Below, in pieces: positions 21,145 through 30,699 of a stretch of 64,000 bases of DNA (positions are counted from its first letter, which is position 1; each line of letters opens with the position of its first letter). A program made the translations under genes and the position numbers. The stretch comes from Pelagomonas calceolata. Taxonomy: Eukaryota. The notes beneath the pieces are model-generated. The model was not told the DNA's origin and ran no database searches. It saw only the letters and a program-made list of their open reading frames with translations. The stretch is from positions 3,534,001-3,598,000 of the forward strand of contig CAKKNE010000003.1 of the NCBI GenBank assembly GCA_918797485.1, read 5' to 3'.

Positions 21145-23061
21145 GGGCCGTCGAGGGCGTCGAGGCCGAGGCTGGCGCGGTAGGCGGCGTCGAGGACGGG
21201 ACTACCGTCGCGTCGCGGGACGACGCGCATGGTCCGCTCGCGGTGGTGGATCGGGACGTCGACGCCGTCGGCGCGGGGGAAGGCGCCCTCGTGGAGGACG
21301 TCGGGCATGACGAACTGGCGGCCGCAGGCGAAGCGGAAGGGCCGGCAGCGTTTGAAGAGGTAGTTGAGGCCCGGCCTTTCCGTGTGGTAGGCCTCGGCGT
21401 AGGACATGTTGACGAGCTGGGCGGCGTCGTAGTTGAGGCAGCCGCGGTCCTTGGCGAGGGCGTAGGTCGCGTACCAGAGGGCGATCTGGTCCTTGGGGCC
21501 GCAGCGGTGGTCGAGCCAAGCGTCGAGGAGGTCGCGCGCCGCGGCCGAGTCGCGGAGGTAGAACTTGGTGCTCTTGAGGCGGAAGCCGCGGGGCGGGCCG
21601 CCCCGGCCCCGCCGCGGCGCGTCGCGGTCGATCTTGGACGTGCAGGGGAAGGCCACGTCGACCTTGAGGGCGTCGTGGACGTCCGTCGCGGCGACGGCCG
21701 CGCGCATCGGAGCGTTTGGGAAGACGGCGAACATGTCCATGTCCCTGAAGAGGACGCCCGGCACGCCGCCGACGTCCAGGAGGAGAGCCGCGGCGACGAC
21801 CTTGGTGTAGTGGTTCGAGTTCGGGCCGTCGAAGCCCCTGTCCGCGCGCCAGCGCGATCGAGCGCACGTCGGCCCCACGGTGTCCCGGAGCGCTCCGGGG
21901 AGCTCGCCGAGCCAGAGGTAGACGGGCAGGCGCCGCGCCGCCGCGTAGACGCCCGCGTTGAGGAAGTAGGGCCAGTGGAAGAAGAGGTAGTCGACGTCGC
22001 TCGCCGCCATGAGGAGCGCGGGCGCGGTCCCGTCCGGCGCTCGAGCGCTTCGGGAGCGGCAGAGCCGCGGCGCGCGCGCGACGCGCGCGGCGCCCCGGTC
22101 CCCGCCGCGGCCGGGCGTCAAAGTCGCGACGGACGAGCCGCCGTCGTAGTCGACGACGAGCTCCGGCCCGGGCCCGTCGGGGTCGAGGCCCGCGCGCGCG
22201 GCGAAGGCGCAGCTCGCGTCGACGTCGCCGACCTTGGTCCGCCAACCTCCGGCTTTTGGGGAGAGGCGCCGCCGCCGCGCGCCGCGAGGGGCCCGGTCGG
22301 AGAGGCGCCGACGACGTCCCGGCGCGACGGGAGCCTTGGGTCGCGCGTTCGCCTGGCCCCAGCAGCGCGCGTGCGTGTCGTTGATCGTCGCCGCGAGAGC
22401 CGCGCCGACGTCGGGGACGGGCGCCTCGATGTCGACGACGACGCCGCAGCGGCTCCTCGCGACGAGGTCTTTCGACCGCGCGACGTGCGCGCGCGCCCAG
22501 GCCGCGAGGCCCGCGCCGTTTTGCGCGTCGATGGGGCAGTTGCGCACCATGCGGTCGAACATGCTCCAGTTCGCGTAGCGGTGGAGTCACGTGCGCCTCG
22601 ACACTCGCGAGCCATCGGTCGACGGGCCGCGTGTTGAGCACAAAGCACGCGGTCGGCAACGCCACGAGGAGCGACTTCAGGTGCGCGACCTGGGGCACGA
22701 CGCAGCCCGACGTCGTCACGCTGTCGAGCTGCGTGAAGGCGTCGTAGGCGCCGCACGCCTTCCGGAACAACTTCGTCTGGTCGCCGATCGCAGACGGCTG
22801 CCGGATGCCGAGCTTCGCCACCTGGCTCACGAAGTCGCTCACGCACTGGCCGCAGTGGGGCCCGTCCGAGCACGCCTGGTGGGACGTCCGGTACCCGCTG
22901 CAGTGGAAGTAGTTCCGCAGCGACGTCGTCCCCATCTTCGGCAGCCCGACGACGAGCGCCAGCGGCCCGCCCGCGGGCCGCTCCGGCGCCCGCCACCGCT
23001 TCCCCGCGCACGACGCGACCGCGACGACCAAGCGGACGACGCGCCGCAAGGAAGAGACCAT
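21141..23061 (-). CDS. Secreted sulfotransferase-like domain + putative glycosyltransferase domain, broken by a frameshift near 22590
   Basis: Signal peptide, PAPS-loop-like VVGLPKMGTTSL and FVLNTRPVDRWLAS. Coding continues in ORF 21141..22562 (CWGQAN; LFRDMD DxD motif; DQIALW). Confidence 0.6.
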
Positions 23062-23165
23062 CGGCGCCGGGCCTCCGACCTACATCCTGCGCGCCGCAGC
23101 CCCCACCATCACCGAAGTAGAGTGAAAGTGAGATTTGTAGATTATATATAAAAGCAGGGAAACTA

Positions 23166-23218
23166 ACGCAGCCCCGCGGCGGCCAGGTTATAGGCGGCCT
23201 AGCTCTAAGCAAAGCAAA
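23166..23218 (+). repeat. ~55-bp direct repeat (second copy 25373-25427, degenerate third near 14234-14305)
   Basis: ACGCAGCCCCGCGGCGGCCAGGT..TAGGCGGCCTAGCTCT(T)AAGCAA(A)GCAAA. Confidence 0.8.
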
Positions 23219-23405
23219 TAAAAGCTGCCCTGTGGCTGGTTCGCCGCGCCCACCGTCGCTCGCGAACGCCTGAACGCGTCTCGGGGCAGCCCTTGCCGCA
23301 CGCATCGAGCAAATAGCCAGTTTGGGCTGCCGAGCACAGTAGGCTGGTTGATTCCTCGCCGCTTTGCCCGGCATTCGTGGGATCGCCGTCCGGCCTACGG
23401 GAGCC

Positions 23406-24542
23406 ATGCAGCCAGCCGACGACCCCAACACCATGAAATCACCACTCCTGGCGTCCGCACCGCCGGCCGAGCTGCTCGACGCGTCGGCGCCCGAAGAACC
23501 GCTGCCGGAAGCGACGGTCCTCGACGTGCTGCCCGGGACGCCCGACGTCGCGGCGGGCGGCGCGCATTACTACACGCAGAGCGAGCTCGAGCGGCTCCAG
23601 ACGCAGCCCGCGCCGCCGGAGCAGTTCTTCGGCGCCGCGAACGACACGCCGGCGCCGGTCGAGGCCGAACCCGTGCCGATCGCCCGCGGCGTCGCGGCGA
23701 CTGCCGCGCTGGCGGAGCCCGTGCTCACCACCGCGCAGGGCGTGCCCGTTGTCGCGACGGCGCGCGCCGCCTCGCGGGCCCTCGCGCGCCGCGACGGGCG
23801 CACGGGCCTCAAGTCCTGCGACGAGCTGCTGCAGACGCCCGAGGAGCTGATGCTGTTCCTGCAAACGCACAACACGCGGCCCTACGTCGCGTGCCGCGTC
23901 ACCGGCTTCCACCACGAAACACGGACGCGCGAGGTCACGCGGAAGGATCGCCACGGGCGCCGCTACACGGACGTCGAGACGTACCGCGAGCGCGTCGAGG
24001 ACTTCAAGTACGACGTCGACCTGTCGGACTTCGTCTTTCCATTCGGCTACATCTACAACGACGGCGCGGCGAACGTGCCGGCCGTCGTGAACCGGTACCT
24101 CGCCGACGGCAACTCGCTCAAGACGCTGCAGATGAAGAAGATCATTGTGGATTTTCCCTTTCACGCTTTCAAGCAGCGCGTCGAGAACCGCCTCCGCGCG
24201 CTGGGCTGGCGGCGGGAGCTGACCGTCGAGTTCCCGAAGGCGAACAACACGGTGCGCGTCTACGCCGACAACCGCCTGAGCCGCGCCTGGGAACACCCCG
24301 TGACGTGGTTCCTCTTCCCATGGTTCCGGAAGACGGCCGCGACGAGCCTCAAGAGCGCGTTCCGCATACCGTACAGCGCGGACCACGTCTTCGGCCTCAT
24401 CGAGGCGCAGCTCTGGTGCCCGGGCTGGTCCGGCGCGGCGGCTGCGATGGAGGCGCTCGGCAGCGCCCTGGAGTACGGGATCGTCGCGCGCCACGCCGGA
24501 CGAGGGCGGCGCGGGCGCCGGCGGCGCGGGCGGCGCTGGTAG
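23406..24542 (+). CDS. Uncharacterised protein with a TMEM151-like segment
   Basis: Strong GC3 codon bias. CRVTGFHHETRTREVTRKD..ETYRERVEDF resembles the TMEM151-type motif. Confidence 0.55.
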   Translation: MQPADDPNTMKSPLLASAPPAELLDASAPEEPLPEATVLDVLPGTPDVAAGGAHYYTQSELERLQTQPAPPEQFFGAANDTPAPVEAEPVPIARGVAATAALAEPVLTTAQGVPVVATARAASRALARRDGRTGLKSCDELLQTPEELMLFLQTHNTRPYVACRVTGFHHETRTREVTRKDRHGRRYTDVETYRERVEDFKYDVDLSDFVFPFGYIYNDGAANVPAVVNRYLADGNSLKTLQMKKIIVDFPFHAFKQRVENRLRALGWRRELTVEFPKANNTVRVYADNRLSRAWEHPVTWFLFPWFRKTAATSLKSAFRIPYSADHVFGLIEAQLWCPGWSGAAAAMEALGSALEYGIVARHAGRGRRGRRRRGRRW

Positions 24543-25504
24543 GCGATTCGCAGTTCCCCGTGGCGTGTAGCTCAACTATATCTGCCAGCGGCGCCGGTAC
24601 GAATATGTCAAGGAGAACGTCACGGCGCCGCCGAGCGCCCCGCCAGCGCCCGTTGCCGTTCGACGCCTCGTCGTCGCGCACGACAACCTTGGGAAGCGCG
24701 TCGACGACGCCCCGGCGCGGGCTTTGCACGCGCTCGTGGAGCCGGTGCTTGGGTTGGTGCGGCGGGCGGTGTAACGTTCGCGGCGCTGGTGCGCGCCAAA
24801 TCCAGGGGAGATCGGCGAGGAGCTCAACTGCGGCGGCTCCTGGTCTACCTCGCGCCCTCCCCGACTTCCCGACGCCGCGGCGGCCTCTTCCGCGAGGGTC
24901 GGCTTCCTCTTCGGCGTGCTACGGCGCCCCCTTCGGGCTCGCCAAGGCCGCCAAGGTTACTCCTCCTCGGCGTCCGGCCAGCGGCGTCCTCTACTCCGAG
25001 ACCGACACGACCACGGCCAAGCCCCCATTCCCCCCGCGTGCCCGGGAGCCGCGACGGGTCGCCGCGGCCTCTGTATTCGACGTTGGAGCCCCGGTCGAGG
25101 CCGGGCCGCCGCCACCGCCCCTGGCCGAGGGCGCGGTAGCGGCGCCCGGGCCCACCGAGCTTCGGCGACGGGAGGCCGGCGGCGGGACGCGCGTGGCGCC
25201 CGGACGCGTCCCCTCCGGGTAGGGCGCCGCTACCCCGCGGCGGCCCCCGATGCGCCACCGTCGCGGACCTGGGATTCCGGCGTCCGGCCTGCTCCCCCCT
25301 CGCCGTCGTCGCCTCCGAACCAACACTCGGGGCGACGGCGTACGCGGGCGGGGGCGGGGCGGGCGTTCGGTCACGCAGCCCCCGCGGCGGCCAGGTAGCT
25401 AGGCGGCCTAGCTCTTAAGCAAGCAAACTAAGAAATATTTTTCAGTACGGGTCAAAAAAAATTCACGCCACGCCAGCAGAATAATCCTGAGGAAATTTTG
25501 GCTA

Positions 25505-25934
25505 ATTTGCGATTTGGCGATAAGTTGAGATGAAAAAAGTCAGAATCGGAATGACTGACTCGACTTTTTTTTATCTGTCGCGAGGTTGAGGTTAGGATTC
25601 GGTCCGAGTAAGGGTTAGGATTAGGATGAGACTAGGGTTAGGGTTAGGGTTGGACGAGAGTCGGGTTGGTCTAGCAGTCAGAATCGGAATGACTTTTTTT
25701 GGTCTGGTGATTTGGCGATTTGGCGATAAGTTGAGATGGAAAAAGTCAGAATCGGAATGACTGCCTCGACTTTTTTTTATCTGTCGCGAGGTTGAGGTTA
25801 GGATTCGGTCCGAGTAAGGGTTAGGATTAGGATGATACTAGGGTTAGGGTTAGGGTTGGGCGAGAGTCGGGTTAGAGCGGGTCCGAAACGGTCCTAGTGT
25901 CGGCGGCAGTTTCGCGGCAAGGTGGGCTCGGATG
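25505..25934 (+). repeat. ~206-bp tandem duplication containing telomere-like repeat copies 2 (25582-25667) and 3 (25788-25934)
   Basis: The unit GATTTGGCGATAAGTTGAGATG-AAAAAGTCAGAATCGGAATGAC..GACTTTTTTT-ATCTGTCGCGAGGTTGAGGTTAGG... occurs twice. Confidence 0.9.
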
Positions 25935-26066
25935 GTTTTGAAAAGGTGCTCATCGGAACGCGGGGAGCGAGAGAAACGCTTTTACGGGGGCGGAAAGGAC
26001 GAGCGGCGAAGAACAGCGTTCTGACGAGCGGCGTAAAACAGCTTAAATGCTAGTGGCGCAAAACTC

Positions 26067-26107
26067 ACTAGGGCCTGTGTGCCCCGTACCGTTAACGGTA
26101 CGGGGCA
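26067..26107. repeat. Right inverted-repeat arm and perfect 28-bp palindrome centred on TTAA
   Basis: TGCCCCGTACCGTTAACGGTACGGGGCA at 26080-26107. Confidence 0.85.
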
Positions 26108-26229
26108 GTGGGCGCCGCCGTCGGGTCCAGGGTGGGCGCCGCCGTCGGCCCCTCGTCGTCGGGCACGTAGGGCGCCATCGCGAGGGCGGACGGCGCGGCG
26201 GCGAGCGCGAGGGCGATGAGGAGCTTCAT
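26092..26229 (-). pseudogene. Signal-peptide + PTAAPT-repeat ORF (45 aa), probably truncated at the palindrome
   Basis: MKLLIALALAAAPSALAMAPYVPDDEGPTAAPTLDPTAAPTAPYR*. The stop TAA lies inside the palindrome. Confidence 0.55.
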
Positions 26230-26720
26230 GTTGGTTTTTTAGGTCTACGCCTGCGTGACGGTCGACCGGCGTCGACTCAGCAAGCGCGGAACGCTCAGGA
26301 AACGCGGCCGCGATGAGACGCCCCAATTTCGTACTCTGAGGGCCTCGGGGCGCTTGGGCCGCGCGGGCGGCGCCCTCTCGGGGGGTCGTCGGCGCCGCGC
26401 CGCGTCGCCGCGGGGCGTCTAAGTTTTGCGCAAGCTGAATCCAGTCTTTTCTCGACAGTAACGCGCGGCCACGCGCGGCGCGGCGCGAATATGGATTGAG
26501 AGGGGTCGGAATAACTGCCGCGGACGGCTAAAGTCACCAAAACCTCGGACGCTGGCGGGCTACGCGTTTGGTTTTTGCTGTTTCGCTGGCTTTCGATGCT
26601 CAACACCCCCTTGTACCTCGATGCCACAAAAGCGATATAACTCCCACAAAGCACGAGCTTTACGCGCCGAGGACCGGCTCGGAGCGCCGAACCCAGACGC
26701 GCGCCAAACCGGCGAATTCA

Positions 26721-27731
26721 CTACACGTCACACTTAGCCACAAGCCGCCCCAGCACCGACGCCTCCCGCGCCCCGAAGGCGCCCCCGCCCGCCAATCGCC
26801 CGACGCGCTCGACTAAACGCCTTCTCTTCGCCGCAACGTCGCCGCGCGGCCGCTTCACCGAAGCCGCCTCGCGCAGCAACCTCGAGCGCTCCGCCTCCCG
26901 ATCGGCCCCGTCCCGACCCGACGAGAGCTCCGGCGCGTCCGCGCGATCCTTCGCCGCCCGCGCGGCGACCGCTTCGCGAATCCGCTCCCACGCGTCGGAC
27001 GTTTTTAACCTAACATCTTTGAACTGCGCCCCAAACTCCTCGTCGATCGCGCACTGAACAGCAGCCTCCGCACTGTCAAAGATAAGGAGAGCTTTTTTGG
27101 ACGACGGCCGCTCGACGCTCAAACAACCGCTACTTTTGAGGACGTCGTCGCCAACCGTCTCGCGGCCAAATTTCACTTCCACCGTCCGTCGCAGCTTCTC
27201 CTGACGAGCATCTTTCTCCGCCTGCGACTCGCGGGACCGCCGCTCCGCGCGCGCCCGCTCCTTCGCCGCGTCTCGGAGGCCGTACTCGTTCTGTTTTTGT
27301 TGATTGCGCAATCGAGCTTCCGCCTCACTCCCCATGGGAGGCTTCGATGAAGAAGCTTCCCTTTCTCTCCTCTCCAGATCATCTCGAAATCTTTTGGTCG
27401 ACGCGTCCATGCGTGCCGTCCGCTCGGCGTGGGCCCGCTGGGCGCGCATCGTCCCGGCGACGGCGTCATCTAATGAAGCTCTATGAGTATCATCTGAGAG
27501 TAACTCGTAGGCCTCTTTTATTTTCAAAAACATGCTCGCAGCTAACGCTTTCTCGTCGTCACTTTTACCAGACTGCTTGTCGGGGTGGTACTGTAAGGAA
27601 GCCTTCTTGTAGGCCTTCTTCAGCTTGGCGGCGCCGCACTCCGGGGCCAAGCCTAGTAGCGCGTACGTCTTTCGCGCGTAGGCGGCTCGCGCGGCCCCAT
27701 CCAGGGCCTGGTAGGCGGGGGCGTCGGCCAT
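26721..27731 (-). CDS. DNAJC17: DnaJ-domain protein, DNAJC17/Cwc23-like
   Basis: J-domain with HPD, then MDASTKRFRDDLERRE, a degenerate RRM-like region and C-terminal FGAREASVLGRL. Confidence 0.75.
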   Translation of the reverse strand: MADAPAYQALDGAARAAYARKTYALLGLAPECGAAKLKKAYKKASLQYHPDKQSGKSDDEKALAASMFLKIKEAYELLSDDTHRASLDDAVAGTMRAQRAHAERTARMDASTKRFRDDLERREREASSSKPPMGSEAEARLRNQQKQNEYGLRDAAKERARAERRSRESQAEKDARQEKLRRTVEVKFGRETVGDDVLKSSGCLSVERPSSKKALLIFDSAEAAVQCAIDEEFGAQFKDVRLKTSDAWERIREAVAARAAKDRADAPELSSGRDGADREAERSRLLREAASVKRPRGDVAAKRRRLVERVGRLAGGGAFGAREASVLGRLVAKCDV

Positions 27732-28079
27732 GGTCGGTTATGGGGTTGCGGCGACTGCTACGTATGTGCTTGCGGCGGCGTCTTTTATGCGATGGCCGCG
27801 GCGGCGTGGAGCTTGGCTTGTCGCTGGGCTGTGGCCAGTGGCCTCGGGGGCCCGAGCGCTGGGTGGGGCGTCCTCGGACGGTGTGAAGGAACAACGCACG
27901 TTCCGCCTCGCCCGCAGCGTCCCGTCGCGTGTCTTTTTGGCGCCGCGGCTGCGCAACCGAGCTAGCGGCATGTAAGACACTAGCAATTACTGCCTGGGAC
28001 GGCCCTTACGCCCTCCGAGCACACAGCTGCTCGCAGTGCATCGCTGCTGCGACCTTAGAGGCGCCGTGGTCAATCGGTA

Positions 28080-29096
28080 ATGGACGCGCTCGAAGCACTG
28101 GACGCGGCGTCGCGCTGCGACCTCGACGCGTACAGTAAGCCGCAGCTGCGGCAGCTCGTGGCCAAGGCGCACGAGCTCGCCGAGCGGGCAACAAATGAAA
28201 TCAATGATCGAGAGTGCGCGTTCCCCGCGCGATTGGCTCCGCTCGTGACGCAATGGCTGCCGCTCGAGGACGTCGGCGCCGCGCTGTCAAGCAATAAGCA
28301 GTGGCAGGCCACGTCCGAGTGGGCGTTCCAGCTCGTCGCCGCGCGGAGCAAGGTGGCGGGCGCGGCGGGCGTGCCCTGGCGCGACGTCGTCAAGGCGGGC
28401 GCGGCGCCACGCTGGACCGGAGAGGTCGATCCAGATACCGGCCACATCGCGGTGCCCGGGCCGGACTTGGACGGTCGCGAGACGACTATGCGCCGGTCGA
28501 AGATTAAGGGGGGCTACGACGACGACAGTTTCTTCGTGGCCCGCGGGACGCCGCTGCGGCTGGGGCGGAGGCGCGCGTGGCGCCTGCACTTGACGCGGAC
28601 GGCGGGTATCGTCGACGCGGTCGGATTTGTGATCACTGATCCGCGCCAGTGCCAAATTCTCTTGGAGTATCATGTGAACAGCGACGGGGGCCGATACGGC
28701 GCCAACAACCAACCGTGGTCGCGCGAGATCCGGGTACAGGAGGAAGGTGAGGAGGACATCTGGGCTGAGGACGCTCAACTCGAGCTCAGCGTGGAGTTGA
28801 CCGGCGAAAAATTCCAGCGGGAGCTCGCGGTCGTCCTGGCCGACGCGGCCGGACGCGGCATCGTCGGCGGCACGATCGACGCCGCGTGGACAAACGATTT
28901 TTTCCGCTCTCAGTTCATGGACTTCGCGCGGCGCTGCGACTGGAACGACTTCCGCATCGCTCTGGAAGATCTGTACGTCGCGCCCTTCGTGCGCATCTAC
29001 CACGACTCGACGGCGACGGTTGCGCGCGCGTCGTCGAATCCCGCCAACGCGTCCCCGCCGAGGTTCTCCTTCCCGAACGGCATCGGGGAAGAGTAA
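28080..29096 (+). CDS. Hypothetical protein (possible F-box-like N-terminal segment)
   Basis: Protein-like composition and GC3 bias. LVTQWLPLEDVGAALSSNKQW is only weakly F-box-like. Confidence 0.55.
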   Translation: MDALEALDAASRCDLDAYSKPQLRQLVAKAHELAERATNEINDRECAFPARLAPLVTQWLPLEDVGAALSSNKQWQATSEWAFQLVAARSKVAGAAGVPWRDVVKAGAAPRWTGEVDPDTGHIAVPGPDLDGRETTMRRSKIKGGYDDDSFFVARGTPLRLGRRRAWRLHLTRTAGIVDAVGFVITDPRQCQILLEYHVNSDGGRYGANNQPWSREIRVQEEGEEDIWAEDAQLELSVELTGEKFQRELAVVLADAAGRGIVGGTIDAAWTNDFFRSQFMDFARRCDWNDFRIALEDLYVAPFVRIYHDSTATVARASSNPANASPPRFSFPNGIGEE

Positions 29097-29403
29097 GAAG
29101 TGACTATGTATTCGCCGCCGCACCGGCGCCCATCCCCGCGCCGCGCCACCGCCGCCCCCCGAGAGCCAATATTACGGTGCTAGGACTAGTGGGCGGAGCC
29201 CCTGCCCAGGGCGGGGGGGGGAGACACCGCGCTTCTTTCATCACAGCATACCTCCTTCGAAGCAGAACCGCCTCGGCAACCCCCCCCCCCGAACATGTGC
29301 CCCTGGTAGCCCGTAAAAGACACTAGCTTTGGCTGCTCTCCCGGCAAGGCACCCAAAGCTTCTCCGGGGTGGCGACGCTGCCCCAAACCAAAAACCAGCG
29401 CCC

Positions 29404-30664
29404 ATGGCCCGCCACGGCGACATCGCGTCGAGCCCCGACACCGTCGGGTGCTGCGTGTTTCAATATAAAATGCCGCGCCTCCACACGAAGGAGCAGGTCT
29501 TGTGGCAGCGTGGAAATCAAATGTCGGGCACGCCGTCGACGCGATGTCGTCGCCGTCGCTGCGTCGGCTCGATGGCGTGGAGTTTCCAGGCCATCGACGC
29601 GACGTCGTCCCTGTGACTGCGTCGGCTCGACGGCGCGGAGGTTCACGATAACCTAACTCACGCAGGTCATGGCCAACGTCAAGCGCATCTGCGAACTGAT
29701 GATCGGCGCGAAGGCCGGCCTGCCCGGCCTCGACCTCATCATTTTCCCGGAATACTCGACCCAAGGCATCATGTACGACAGGGAAGAAATGTTCGCCACA
29801 GCTACCACAATTCCGGGACCGGAGACGGACGCCTTCGCCGCCGCTTGCGTGGAGGCGAAGTGCTGGGGCGTCTTTAGCATCACGGGCGAGCGCCACGAGG
29901 ACCACCCGCGCAAGAACCCGTACAACACGCTCGTGCTGATTTCTGATACTGGTGAAATCGTGCAAAAATATAGAAAGATCCTACCGTGGTGCCCCATCGA
30001 GGGCTGGTATCCTGGGGATCAGACCTATGTTTCTGTAGGACCGAAGGGCCTCAAAATATCTCTCATAATATGTGATGATGGAAATTATCCGGAGATCTGG
30101 CGCGACTGCGCGATGAAAGGGGCCGAACTCATCATAAGGTGCCAGGGCTACATGTACCCCGCGAAGGACCAACAAGTACTCGTAGCGAAGGCCATGGCCT
30201 GGATGAATTGTGTCTATGTCGCGGTGGCCAATGCCTCCGGTCATGATGGGGTCTACTCGTACTTCGGGCACTCGGCGATCGTCGGAAACTGTGTGGAAAT
30301 CAACCAGTGCGTCGGGTGCAGAGGAACCGGCATCGCCACGCCATCGAGCAGGCGCCGCGAAATTTTGATTTCCACGCAGGTCGGGAACGACGGCCGGACA
30401 TTGGGAGAGTGCGGCACCGAAGAGAACGGCATGCAATATGCCCAGCTATCTGTCTCTGGTATAAGGGACGCCCGTCGCAATGACCAGTCGCAGAACCACC
30501 TCTACAAGCTGTTACATCGGGGCTACACCGGCACGTCGGCCTCGGGCGATTCTAGTGACGGCGTGGCCGCGTGCCCCTTCTCGTTTTATAAGACGTGGGC
30601 CACGGACCCGGCCAAGGCCAAGGCGATGAGCGAGAAGGTCACCCGCGCTACTCCCCAGCCCTGA
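29404..30664 (+). CDS. amiE: Aliphatic amidase, nitrilase superfamily (exons 29404-29496, 29666-30280, 30380-30664)
   Basis: [65 protein letters not shown] and [15 protein letters not shown] closely follow bacterial AmiE. Both GT-AG introns restore colinearity. Confidence 0.93.
29497..29665 (+). mobile_element. Introner family A-related intron (amiE intron 1)
   Basis: GTCTTGTGG CAGCGTGGAAATCAA ... CTAACTCACGCAG, phase 0. Confidence 0.75.
30281..30379 (+). mobile_element. Introner family A intron (amiE intron 2; 99 nt, in frame, no stop)
   Basis: 8-bp TSD GTCGGAAA/GTCGGGAA supplies the GT. TIRs CTGTGTGGAAATCAA...TTGATTTCCACGCAG supply the AG. Confidence 0.92.
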
Positions 30665-30699
30665 CTCCCTGCACATACCCCCTGTACATAAGACTATGT

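Noticed and set aside
20379..22637. 752-aa ORF as a single gene
   Set aside because: Only the first ~60 aa are ankyrin-like; the rest is off-frame or antisense to the GT-like ORF.
10650..26100. Endogenous virus/Polinton interpretation of the island
   Set aside because: No capsid, packaging ATPase, polymerase, integrase or transposase motifs were recognised.
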